Assembly: GCF_006345805.1 (NCBI RefSeq)
Contig: NC_042998.1
Location: 144,770,001-144,834,000 of the forward strand
Direction of reading: 5' to 3'
DNA: 64,000 nucleotides
From: Octopus sinensis
Taxonomy: Eukaryota
How positions within the stretch are numbered: position 1 is the stretch's first letter; each line of letters opens with the position of its first letter. The position numbers and the translations under genes are program-made. The notes under the pieces are model-generated. The model made no database searches. It saw nothing but the letters and a program-made list of their open reading frames with translations, and was not told the origin of the DNA. This document shows positions 38,778 to 51,589 of the stretch, one piece after another.

Positions 38778-40345
38778 GGTTTCAAATTTTGGCACAAGTC
38801 CACCAAATTTGAATAGCAGGGTAAGTTGATTACACCAACCCCAGAGCTCAACTGATACATATTTTATCAACCCCAAAAGAATGAAAGGCAAAGTTAACCT
38901 TGGTGGGATTTGAACTCAGAACTTAAAGACAGACAAAATACCACTAAACATTTTGCCCAATGTTAAAAGATATATGAAATGCTGCTAAGCATCTTGCCTG
39001 GTGTGCTGATTCTACCAGCACACCACCTCAATAATTCATTTTAATTTTGACACAATATCAGCAATTTGGGAGGTGGTTAATCAATTACATTGATCTCAGT
39101 ACTTGACAGATATTTTATTTTAATTGACTCTGTAAAGATGAAAGGCAAAGTGGTCGTTATGTGTCCAATCTTCTGTGTAAAAGTGCCAGGCCATGGAAAA
39201 ATATTTATTACCTTACTTGGAAACAAGTGAGTGTTGATGACATGAAGGGCATCCTAGCAAAGAAAATCTGCTTTAGTGAAATCCATCTGACCTGTTCAAG
39301 CATGGGAAAGTGGATGATAAAATGATGATAATGACAGCAAGTTATTTTGTCTACTACTCTAATAAATATAGCCATCTACAACCGCAATACCAACAGCACC
39401 ATCAACAATCACAATAATAATAATCCTTTCTACTACAGGTACAAGGTCTGAAACTTTGGGGTAGAGGACTATTCGATTACATCGACCCCAGTGTTTCACT
39501 GGTGCTTAATCTATCAACCCTGAAAGAATGAAAGGCAAAATCAACCTTGGCGGTATTTGAGCTCAGAATAAAATGACGAACAAAATACCACTAAGCATTT
39601 TGCCTGGCATGCTAACAATTCTGCCAGCTTGTCACCCTAAGCATCATCATAATAATAATGGTTTCAAATTTTGGCACAAGGCCAGCAATTTTGAGAAGAT
39701 CTTAAGTCAGTTACGTTGACCCCAATGCTCATCTGGTACTTATTTTATTGATCCTGGGAGGATAAAAGGGAAAGTCAACCTCAACAGAATTTGAACTCAG
39801 AACATAAACACAGACAAAATGTTGCTAAGCATTTTGCCCAGCATGCTAATAATTGTCAGCTCATTCCTTTCTAGAGTAGATGCATGGCCAGAAATTTTGA
39901 GGGAGGGAGTTAGTTGATTACATCAACCCCAGTGCCTAACTGATGCTTATTTCATTAGCCTTGAAAGGATGACAGGTGAAGCTGACCACGACAGAATTTG
40001 AACTCAGAATATAAAGCCAGAAAAAGTCTCACTAAGCATTTTGTTTGGTGTGCTAATGATTCTGCTAGCTCACCACCTTAATACTAATAATAATTTCTAA
40101 CATAGGCACAAAACAGGATTTTGAACACAAAATATTTTCTAATTTAGACACAAAGCTAGTAATTTTAAAGAGTATGGGTTAGCCTGTAACAATAAGCACA
40201 GTTCCTGACCAATTTATTTTATTTTTCAATCATGATAGGACAGAAGTAAAAATTGATCTCAGAGAAATTTGAACTCAGAACATAGAGAACCTGAAGTAAT
40301 AATGCAAAGCATTTTGTTCTGGCACTCAAATAATTCTGCCAATCA
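38778..40345 (-). mobile_element. Cluster of about 6 head-to-tail SINE family A copies
   Basis: Repeated atttgaactcagaa...ctaagcatttt blocks near 38910, 39560, 39790, 40000 and 40270, plus a partial copy near 39040..39150. Confidence 0.85.
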
Positions 40346-41382
40346 ACAACAAATAAAAACATTCAAAAGCAGGTAAATTATTTTGAAGGATTTTTTACTT
40401 TTTGTATTAATGCAGACATGTAGGTAATTTATTTATAATTAAATATAATAATATAAATCATTCACATGTTTTAAAGTTATGAAACAATATCATGATATTA
40501 GAATTTTCTTATTTTTAAATAAAATTTCATCACAATATTTCTCTGTCATTTATAAAATCATTATTATCATTTAACTGTTTTGATACCAAGCTGCCTAAGA
40601 CTGCCTTTGGTCCTAGGATACAAACATCCTGCTTCAAAGTGATCTAAATTAAAGCCTACCATCAAAATTTCATGTTAATTTATGTTCCAAAAACCAGCTT
40701 AATAATCACAAAGTTATTTTGCCCAAGCCAGCATGGAAAACAGATGTTAAATGTTGATGATGACATGATGAATTGAAACAAACACAGAGTATTTTAACAA
40801 AAATATGGTAACAAAAGGGTTGTTTGTTCCATACTGGCATGGATTGGACAGTTTGACAGAATCCAATGGGCCCAAGGACTGCAGTGTCTGTTTTGGCGTG
40901 GTTTCTATGGTTGGATACTTTTTGTAAAAGGGCCAGCAACTTAACATAAATATATGTTAAGCTTCTTTCGAGCATTGAGCCTCATGTAAGCAAGAGGCTG
41001 AATTCCTTTTGAGTGTTGGGCCTCATGGAGGCAAGTGGCTGAGTTCCTTTTGAGTGTTGGGCCTCATAGAGGCAATGACCAAGACCTTTGGCATTATGTT
41101 GTGCTTGAGAAAAAGACCTGTCAAGCTGAGCAAAATCACAGTTGTGGCAGGTACCAGTGTCACACAAATAGTACCCGTGCTGGTGGAACATAAAAGCACC
41201 CATTACACTCAGAGTGGTTGTCATTACTATGCCAAATCAGACTGGAGCCTGGCGCAGCTTTCCAATGTACCAGCCCAGTCAAACTGTCCAACTCATGCCA
41301 GCATGGACAACGGACATTAAATGATGATGACACACACACACATTCACGTGAAAATAATTATTGAAATAATACAATAACTAAC

Positions 41383-41533
41383 CATTCCGTATGTTCTGCC
41401 AATTCATACTTGCAAAGAATGGATGAACAAGCAAGCTCTGGTAATTAAGACGGTATTTTGCTTCAGTCAGCAGGTGTTGGAGCAAATCTACAGCGTCTTT
41501 GGAGATCTCACTGGACGGAAACTTTAGATAATG
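41383..41533 (-). CDS. CIT: CIT exon: kinase subdomain XI (HYLKFPSSEISKDAVDLLQHLLTEAKYRLNYQSLLVHPFFASMNWQNIRN)
   Basis: ttcacag|CAT acceptor, G|gttagt donor; 151 nt, phase 0-1; LKFP and HPFF..NW motifs. Confidence 0.93.
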
Positions 41534-44139
41534 CTGTGAACAGATAAAAAAGGAAAAAAAGGGTAAGAAAAAGATATGCCATTGAAAACCAATGTATAAC
41601 TATTCAATTGGAGAAAATTAGAATCCTCAAGACGTACAATATTTTGAGTGGCTTAAACATGCAGCAGGATTGTTAAATTATGCAACAAGTGGGATATAGG
41701 CAACAGAAATCTGTATTTGCTTTGATAATTGCATTATTTTGTTGTAACACTCTTAAAAGTGAAAACAAAACTTTCTCCATTTATTTCAGACAAATAAAAT
41801 ATGTATTGTCAATGTCCATTTTAAACTGTAAGAAAACTATTATTATCGTTGACATGTCAGATGAGGTAAATTAATGGCTGCACTAAATGTACATTTCTAG
41901 CTTTTCAAATGCTGTCTTAATTCAGTAAGGTGCCTGCTGTTAAGGTAAGTGAGTTCAATGGAAACTGTCTGAAAGTAAAATTAATCAACTTGTCTTCAGC
42001 ATTTCATATTGTGTAAGTATGTATGTAGGAATGTCATTGTGGTCATCATCATCATCATCCAATCATCGTTTTAACATTCACTTTTCTATGTTTGCATGGG
42101 CTGAATGGAGTTTATTGCAGCAGATCTTGTACGAAGGATGCCCTTCACTTCTTTCCAAGCAAAGTTATATTTCCCCCATGTCCAGACAATTTTTCACAGA
42201 ATATTGAAAATGAAGACACTGCTTGTATGATAGTGACACTCATTACAATTATTATACTATGTCCACTCTGTTGGGTGATTGGTGTTAGGAAGGACATCCA
42301 GCCATAAAAACTGTCAAACAGACACAGAAGTCTGATGCAAGCTCCTGTCAAACTGTCCAACCGATGCCAGCATGGAAAGTGGACATTAAATGATGATGAT
42401 GGTAATGTCAAGGAAATACAAACATATACAACATATGCATGCAATGGGCTTCTTCCAATTTCCGTCTACCAAATATACTCAGAAGGCTTTGGTCGGCTGT
42501 GTTTAGAGTACAAGACCACATAGCCACACCTGTGTCTGTTTATGTGTGTGTGTGTGTGTGCGCTCGCATGTGTGCATGGTTGCCTATCCATTCATCTATC
42601 TGTACACAAATATGTATGTATACTATGCAAACTGAAGCAAGTGGGTTTATCACATTTAAGAAATTAACAACTATTTTGCAGAATGGTATCCAGCTCCACA
42701 CCAAAGTTTTACTTGATCTGGTTAAGTACCCTGCCACTGCCAAACTGGCAGTTAAATGGCCTTGCTTCCCCACCACCATGTAGCTCTATTGATCATCATC
42801 ATCATCCTTTCAAAGTTACCTCTGTAAAATTCCCTTATTTTACTTACACAACAAAGCTAATCTTTGTACTTAGAGGTTTTACATAGCTGCTATGGAGCTA
42901 ATGGCAGATACACTCCTGCTCCCAAATCAAGGAAATACATGGTCTCTCGCTCGTAGTGATATTGTCTGGGTATATCAAATAAACTCATAAGCCTTAAGAA
43001 TAGAGGCTAACACAAGGTAGAAGGAAACTCTTTGTTCCAACTGTAGATAACCTCTGCAGTGTCTTGGAAGAAATAAGCATAAAATAATAAAGATAAACAC
43101 ACAACATTGTGTGTGTGTGTGAGTTGGGCTCTATTATAGTTGCAAGCCACAAGTCTTGTTGAGATATTGATGTCAACAAATTGTCCACTCAGTGCCTTCA
43201 AAACATGCAAAACAAGAGAACCTTTACTTGGAAAACAGGTAGGGGTTAGTGACAAGGACACCTAATTATAAAACAATGACTCAATGATATACTTATGTAA
43301 CTCATGCTAGCATGGAAAAATGGATGTAAAACAATGCACAACCACATACAATATGCATATACATAATGCACAAATATAGACACATGCATATGTGTATGTA
43401 CATACATAAGCATGTGTATACACACATACATACAATTTATCTCCCCAGGTGCCTGCCTACTCCCCACTCCCACTGCTGCTACCCACACAGAACTTGTATT
43501 ACTGTGGATGCTGGGCCTCACTGAGGAGATGACAAGGGACTGGAAGTTGTGACAATTTACTGTATCTGAGAAAATGCATCAAGCTAAGTAAAATTGCAGT
43601 CATCCATACATATAAGCTTGTCCTTTACAAGTGCCAGTGCTGCATAAATGCACCCATGCCAGTGACACGTGAAAAGCACTCAGCACACTCTGTGAAGTGG
43701 TTGGTGTTAGGAAGGGCATCCAGTCACAGAAAACATGCCACAAAAAACAATTGGAATCTGGACAGCTCCCTGGCTGGTCAGCTCCTGTCAAACTGTCCAA
43801 CCCATGGCAATATGGAAAACAGATGTTAAACAATGATGATGTTTCTTGACTAGAGAGGAGTATTACTGAAGAGCCCTTCCATTTTACCCCCTGCACACAA
43901 CACATAACCTTTTACCTTCACTCCAGCATATTCATCTCTTCAAGCATGCCTTTCATTGTGCTGACAATTATGGTAGCAGCCCTAAAGTTTTTGACTAGAC
44001 CAGAAAAAGGGGATATTGATTTAGTTGGTTGTTTGACCTTTGTTACTTGGGGAATATAATCAGTAGTTGGAGTGGCTGCTCTGAAAACACAGTAGCCAGA
44101 CAAAGATCAGATTAGAAAGAGTTTGGGGGACTGTTGCTT

Positions 44140-44510
44140 CTACTGGCAACAAAGTGAAGAGAAGATTGTATGATGCTTAGGTATAAAGTGCAATGCTGCA
44201 ATGGAAACAAGCTGTGGGTTTTGCATAAAGCATTTGCAAAATCTAGAAAGAAATGAAGCAATATGCTTCATAGGATATGTAATATTAAATATTAGTGTGT
44301 ATGATGGATTACATATGAACTGAGAGAAAAACTAGGTATAAAAGGAATTAGATGCAGTATGCAAAGGAGAAGGTGGCACTGGTATGGGTATGTGATGCAT
44401 ATGGAGGACTACATTGTACAAAAAATTGTAAACTGTTCAAAGTGAATAGAATCTATGATAGAGGAAGACCCAAAAAGATTGGAAGGAAGTGGGGAAACTA
44501 AACAACACAT
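44140..44510 (+). mobile_element. Degenerate RTE LINE 3' ORF fragment
   Basis: VKRRLYDA and ELREKLGIKGIRCSMQRRRWHWYGYVMHME, similar to the C-terminus of the 20826..22010 ORF. Confidence 0.7.
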
Positions 44511-45334
44511 CTTACGAAGGAAATGACAAAGGTCCATACTGATTGGTGAGACCCCAAACACTCAAGTAAGCATGGTGAAATATATGTTAAAAATGGGGTA
44601 GTGATGGAGCTGGTATATATAATATATATCTCTACATCTGAGCCTTTTGCCCATTTTGTACCTGTTAAATCTCTGATTTGCTAATTACCTTTTCTCCCAT
44701 TTTACTATAGTGCTACTCATGTAATGAGGTAAAACATTAAGCTCTGTTCATAACAGATCCCTCCCTCTACCACCATCAATACTCCTCTACTTCTGTCAAT
44801 TTTCCATCATGATACTTGAGCAATGAGGAATTGCAATGGATTTGTCGGTATCTGATACACCTCTTCTTTAAACCCCTGTACTGCTAACTGCCATTCCCTC
44901 CCCTGTACCACTCATCTACCGACATCCATAACGCTTCTTACTCTCTCTACATGTGCATGTCATTGTCATTTTAGTCGGAATTCACTGAGGCATATTTTTT
45001 ATAAGACTGGATGCTTTATCTGTCACCAACCATCACCTGTTTCCAAGCAAGGCAATATTTTCCTATGACCAAATACATTTTTAACAAAAGATTGGAAATA
45101 AATGACACTCATTTACAACCATTACACAATATCAACACAAGGAAACATACACACCAACACACAGTCACAAGTATATACATATGTGTGTATATCCACCCAC
45201 AAAGCTTTGATCAGTCTGGGGCTAATAATAATGATATAACAGACTCTTGCCAAAGGTCCCACATAGTGGGACAGAACATGAACCACATGCTGGGAAGTAA
45301 GTTTCTTAACCACACAGCAAGGCCTGCACATTAT

Positions 45335-45733
45335 ATATATAGCAAATAAGAAAATGGAAAGGATACAAAAATGACATACTTCAGCTGGCAGACATTCTAG
45401 TATGTCTATTTATTCCAAAGTATTAGAAAACATACACATGTAATAACTATGTGCTACACACACATGTACTAATATTACAGAAAAGAGCAAAAGATCAGAT
45501 TGACAGTAGGTTCTAATTCCTTATGGCTGTAAGGAATTAGAACCTACTGTCAATCTGATCTTTTGCTCTTCTCTGTAATATTAGTACATGTGTGTGTAAC
45601 ACATAGTTATTACATGTGTATGTATTCTTCTAATACTTTCTAATACTTTGGAATAAATAGACAAACTAGAATGTCTACCGGCTGATGTATGTCGTTTTTG
45701 TATCTTCTCCCATTTTCTTATTTGCCGTATATA
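45335..45733. repeat. Long near-perfect palindrome (foldback element or MITE)
   Basis: Arms of ~190 nt around the 6-nt loop tggctg (45524..45529); TA-rich flanks. Confidence 0.92.
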
Positions 45734-46899
45734 AATTAAGGGTAAACAACTTTTTACCCCCCACCCATATATAACACTCAAATGCGAGATTGCCATGCAA
45801 TAACCAGCAGTATATTAGATAGGTACTATCCCTTAGTTGGTTGGTTTCCCAACCTCTAACTCACACAGAAATATACACATACACAGAATAGAAGCACTCT
45901 CTCTATCTCTGTATATATATATATCAAGTACTTGGTGACCCTGTCAGTGCAGGTGCCACTTAAAAGTACCCAGTCCACACTAAAGTAGTTGGTGTTCAGA
46001 AGGGCATCCAGCTGTAAAAATCCTGCGAAAACAGTCACAGAAGGCTGGTGCAGGCTTCTGCTTGGCCTGCTCCTGTGAAACTGTTCTACCCATGCTAGCA
46101 TGGAAGGCAGACGTTAAACGATGATGATGATGATATATATATATATATATGAATTTAGTAGAAACTGCTCATTATAATCATAGATAATGCTATTGAATAG
46201 TCTTTGCTATCTAAACAGCTCTACAATAAGTGGCTTCCACTGTGACTGTATAAACATATTGTCTCTCTTTTTCCCTCACACACCCATACACATGCATAGC
46301 TCTCTTGACTGCTAGAAATTTTATATGCTTTCTACATGAGTATATGCAAATACAGTTTCTTTACAGGAATGTTCTCCCCAACTCTCACTCTCTGCCTATG
46401 AGTCAGTATAGCAATTTCTGTGCATGTGTATTATTCTTTTAATCACTCTATATCTACTCCTCCTCTTTCTTTTGAGCTTCAACTGAAAATTTCATTTTGG
46501 TGTCTCCTGTACATGACATACTATTCATAATTTTCTCAACAAGATCCCAATGAAGCAACTACTATGTTTCAGCAAGCAAAATCATTATCTGTCTATTATC
46601 AAGTGTCTCTTTTGACAGTTACAAATTGTATGTATTCTCTTTATGTTGGGACAATATGAAAATGTAACTCATCACAGGAATGGATGCTAACACCCTCTGG
46701 TCACAAGCTGTGTCTTCACAAATTCGATTCCCTATGACTTAAACTAATCTTGACAATGATGAAACTTTTAGTCATCTTGCTAACTAATCCACTTACTTAA
46801 TGTGCAGAGCTTCTTTCTGTCAGCTTTCTCCTATCTAGTATTATGAAAAGAGCTTTGTTCCAACTAAATGATCCAAATTCTAAAGCAAACAGCAAACAG

Positions 46900-47830
46900 G
46901 TGATTAAACACCCTATGATGTACACCTCAAAGGAGACATGGACTCTGCAAGCTGCTGGCAAAGCAATCTAAAATTCTGCATTGAAAAGATGTGGGACCTG
47001 CTAGTTGCAGTTATAAAAGCACTAATTTTGCATTAAAAAAATGATAAAATGTATAGGGTGAGGACTCCTCAGCTCTGACAGATAACCTCTCTAATATAGG
47101 TAGCACAATAAATTGCACTCAATCTTTGTGTAACGAAATATGTTAAAAAGGCAAAGCAGCCAGATCAATGAAAAGGCTAACATATACAATGTTAGTAAAG
47201 CACATGACATATGGTAGTGGAGTATCCAAGTTGGATTCTATAACCATGTGTGAGAATCCTTTGACCATCAAGAAAACTATCAATTCTCTGTTTTCCAAAT
47301 GCTAAACAACCAAACAACATAACCAGAAACTCTCCTTTTCCTGTCTGGGGCAAAGCCTTAGGGCTAGTATCATCAATGCTGTCAAGATGAAAGATAAATC
47401 TGGAGAAATTGTAAAATGTTGAAGTAGAGATGGGTAAATGTGTGTTGTATTTAAGAGGTAAGATGGAAGGTAACCATAGCTAGACACCCCAGAAGCAAGG
47501 TACACAGGTACAAGTCTGCTGGTGATTGTGGAAAAAAAATGGATTAACTAACTGAAAAAGTCAGATTATGTGGCAAAATAATGAGGTTTAGGCAGATTTT
47601 TGATAAGATGACACCAACAATAGTCTTTGTAAATGTGTCAATATCAGGACTGATTGATTAACAAAATTGTTTCTATGAAGATCTTTTCTTGACTAATTTG
47701 ATAACAGAAAACAGAGATCTTGTTATCATGGCTAGTGACTTTAATGGACATGTTAGGTAACATCACAATGGTTGTTACAATGTAAATGGTACATGGAATG
47801 AAGGGTTCTGTGACACAGATGACTCAAGGA
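46900..47830 (+). mobile_element. Degenerate RTE LINE 5' fragment (AP-endonuclease region)
   Basis: atggctagtgactttaatggacatgtt translates as MASDFNGHV, resembling the RTE APE motif GDFNGHVG; many stops and frameshifts. Confidence 0.55.
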
Positions 47831-49459
47831 AACAAGCTAGCTACCTGATTGCCTAATATTCATGAGAGGAGGCAGGATTATTCCAAACGGACCTAAAAGA
47901 GGGACTAATTACTGAAACTGACGCTTATTATATTAGTTATAATGGCTATTAAAGATATGAAGGCCCTTCCATTGGCTCACATGACATAATTTTTATCAGT
48001 GAAGATAAAAACACTGTCAAATACTTCACATGCTTAAAACTGACAATAAATGAATTATACTAAAGATGTTCATCATAGTATTTAATGCATTCAACACAAG
48101 AACCTTCAGCACAGTGCTTCAAAATTTCCTCCGCCTGTTCTCAAGAAAAAATCTTTTCCTCAAGATATGACACATTTTCATTCTATACAAAAATAATAGG
48201 AGCGATGTTAACAAGTACCAAGGCATCTTCCTTGGTATCAAAACACCCTGCCAATGTTATTCTTGAAGAATAGTCATTACTTATTTTGATTTACCAGTAA
48301 AATAACTTCTTAACCACACGGGCAAAGTTGAAGAGAAAAGTTCATTTGACAATCACATGACTTTTTGAGTTCATTCCCACCACATAGTAACTTATGCAAG
48401 TGTTTTCTATTAACACACTGAGTCAACCAATGCTCTGTAAGTGAATTGAGGAAACAAAAACTGGTGCAAATGTGTTTGTTGATATTTTGTTCGACACTGA
48501 GTGAAGTAGTGGTGATGTCGATATTCTTTGTTGCTGTGCAATTGAAGACTTGTGGAATATAAAAAGCTTTAGCCCCACAAAAAAAAATAAAAACCCCAAG
48601 TGAAAGTCAGCAACAGGAACAGCATCCAAATGTAAAACCCAGTCTCAAAATCAATTCTTACCCAAGCCATACTTGCTTGGAAAAATGAGCATTGAACAAA
48701 TGACAAATAATGATAAATGAAAGATGTCTATTGAAAATCAGGAGCTTTAGAACTCATTCACAACAAAAGTGCTACGTTTTGGAAATCTTGGTTAAGATAA
48801 ATATGATGAAGAAAGCAGCAATTTGCAAAAGACAACAGCTGAGTATATTTACTAACGACCATAACATGAACAAATTTCCACAATATATCAGTTAAGTAAA
48901 CTGTCCAACTTTTGTGTACATAGCTGAAATTCAATTGGTAACTTCATCCATCAAAGCTTGTTAAAGTAATTCTTTATAAAGGAGGGAAAGTTTTAAGGTT
49001 TAGGGTCTAATAAAAGAATTCAGAGAAAGACAAAATAATGGATAAGTGAAAGAAGATGATAGGAAAATAGGGAACTATGTGAGAAATCAAGAGAAAGAGC
49101 GAGAGAAAGAACATGTAACAGATACATAGATGTCTGTATCTGAGAGAGGAAGAGAGGATATCTGTGAGAAAGAAAGACTGGTAATGAGGAGAGAGAAAGA
49201 AAAGATGGGCATGAGAATGAGATTGGATGTGAGGGAGAGATTGGGAAGAGAAGGACATATCATCATTATTTAAAATCCATGTTCTATGTTGGCATTGGTT
49301 AAACACATACTGTTTGTTATGTCAAGTTATATGTAAAATCAAACTGAAGGATTACACAATACCTTTTAGTAGACTGCATGTTTATTAAACTCTTATGCAA
49401 AAACAGGTCAACAGAGACTTTAAACTTTCAGTTTCCATGTCTATAACAGCCATTGGTAT

Positions 49460-49650
49460 CAGATGTAGTGTGCAAGAGAGAAGACTGTACTGGTATGGTC
49501 ATATGATGCATATAGATGAGGACAGCTGCATAAAGTACTGATCATAAAATGTAGACCGAAGTTGTGGAAGTGGGATATCCAGGAAAATACAGGAGTAAGT
49601 GGTGAAAAATGACTTCCAAATGTTGAGCTTCACTCAACTGAGATAATTTG
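49460..49650 (+). mobile_element. Short RTE LINE 3' fragment
   Basis: VQERRLYWYGHMMHIDEDSCIK. Confidence 0.65.
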
Positions 49651-50001
49651 ATGATTTACTGTGCTTGAGAATGTTGTTTACGTCTATGCCCCTGCACACA
49701 ATCTGTCTCTGATGAATCTCTCCCTCACAACTCATCTTCCAAACTCCTTTTCCCCCACCCATGTTCACAACTCTCCCATCTTTCTCCTACTGTTTTTGCA
49801 CTCTCATGAATTTACCTGTTTGCTCATCCAGTCCAATCCTCTATATCATATCACTAATATCCACCTCCCTGTAACTTGAGGTTACATTCCGACACATCTT
49901 CACCATCACCATCCTCTCTTTCTGCTCACTTTTCCAACTAGAGTAGCTATGTATTTCCTCTGGAGAATGGACAACTATTCTTGTCCTACTATCATATTTA
50001 A

Positions 50002-50217
50002 CCCTCTAACATTTAAACTGGCCATATCCGACCAAAATATTCTACCTGTTTTATGTTCAAACTAGCCAGATCTAAGCTCTATCACCTACCCTACAATGTC
50101 ATTGTAAAATAAATAATCACATCAAAATCTTGAAGCTATAAGATAATGCAGGATTCATTCATATCTTTGTGAATAAATAAGCATAGCATTTGACAGAGTA
50201 ATCTGAATGCTAAAGTG
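50002..50217 (+). mobile_element. piggyBac-type MITE family 2
   Basis: ttaa|ccctctaacattt...gaatgctaaagtg|ttga. Confidence 0.75.
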
Positions 50218-51054
50218 TTGATCTCATCATCCAGCACAAAACCATATTCCTCAATATTACTCCTTGCTTCAATTGAGGAGTTTTATCTTGCAAGTTACTT
50301 GGTGACCACACTGGTGCTGGTGCCACATAAAAAACACCCGGTACACTCTATAAAGGGATTGGCATTAGGAAAGCAACTATAGAAACCATGCCAAAGAACA
50401 CAGTAGAGATTACCACAGTCTACTGGTTCAGCAGACCACGTCAAACTGTCCAACCCATATCAACATGGAAAACAGCATGTGATGACTGTCTAGTTGAGAC
50501 ATGTTTGTTCTTTCCAGTTTTTTTTTTCTTTCCTTGCCTGCCTTTTCCATAAAAGAGCATATGCTTCACACTTCTAATTTTCCTGAGTGTAAACCTAATA
50601 CATCTAGTTTATTTGTATTTTCTTCGTCTTGTTTTTGTGAGTTTTTTTTTTGTACCACACACACACATTATTACGGAAATAAACAAAATTGGGGGTGGCC
50701 ATCTCAGCAGTACTTCATGTAGAGGTCTGACTAGTAAAGTGTTTGTTGAATGACAATGTAAAGGCTACACAAATACTGATAAAAATCAGCCAATTATATG
50801 AGCACTCCACAGATTCAAGGTATGTTTATTAAATAGGTATATAATAATTCTCAAAGAGTGAGTGACAATAATTTTAATTAAGGAATAGAGAAGTCAAATT
50901 AATGTTCCATATATTTAGGTGAATGACTGTAACATTTTAGAATAAATTTGGAGCCCATTCACATTCTTCAGATATTTTAAGTTGTGTGTGTGTGTGTGTG
51001 TGTGCATGTGCACACACACACAAGTTTGGGTGTTAGAAAGGAAAGAGATTGGGA

Positions 51055-51520
51055 ATATCCACTCAGAATGTAGAGTGGGGAAAAATACTGTGAGGCGTTT
51101 TCCAATGCTCTAATGATTCTGTCAGCTTGCTGCCTTAAGGAGCATGGGGAAGATGATCTTGAGAAGTGCTAACACAAGTAGTTGAAGACATTAACAACAT
51201 TTTCTGCTATAGATAGGCAAAAAGCTTGACAATCTGGAGGAGGGGTGGGCTGATTGCATTGATCTCATTATTCTATTAGTACTTATATTATCCACCCCAA
51301 AAGGATGAATGGTAAAGTTGATCTTGGTAGCACCTGAACACAAAATATAAAACAGGAAATATTGCTAAGCATTTTGTTCAGTGTGTCAAATTTTGACACA
51401 AGGCCAGTGATTTTACAGGAAGGGTTTGATTACATTAACCACAGTACTTGACTGGTACTGTATTTGATCAACCCCAAAAAGTTGAAAGGCACAATAAAAC
51501 TGCTAGCTCGCTGCCTTAAC
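51055..51520 (-). mobile_element. Three degenerate SINE family A pieces
   Basis: ctaagcattttg and gattacattaacc motifs. Confidence 0.65.
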
Positions 51521-51589
51521 AACAACAATAGCAATGACAACAACATCACCAACCCCACATACTGTGAGAGTATTCAGTAAAGATACTGG

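Noticed and set aside
40975-41090. Three ~41-bp direct repeats (CRISPR-like appearance)
   Set aside because: No unique spacers and a eukaryotic context; this is an internal tandem repeat of a SINE/LINE-derived segment.
48060-48280. Minus-strand protein-like frame (YLEEKIFS*EQAEEILKHCAEG...)
   Set aside because: Two stops, no recognisable family and no usable splice sites.
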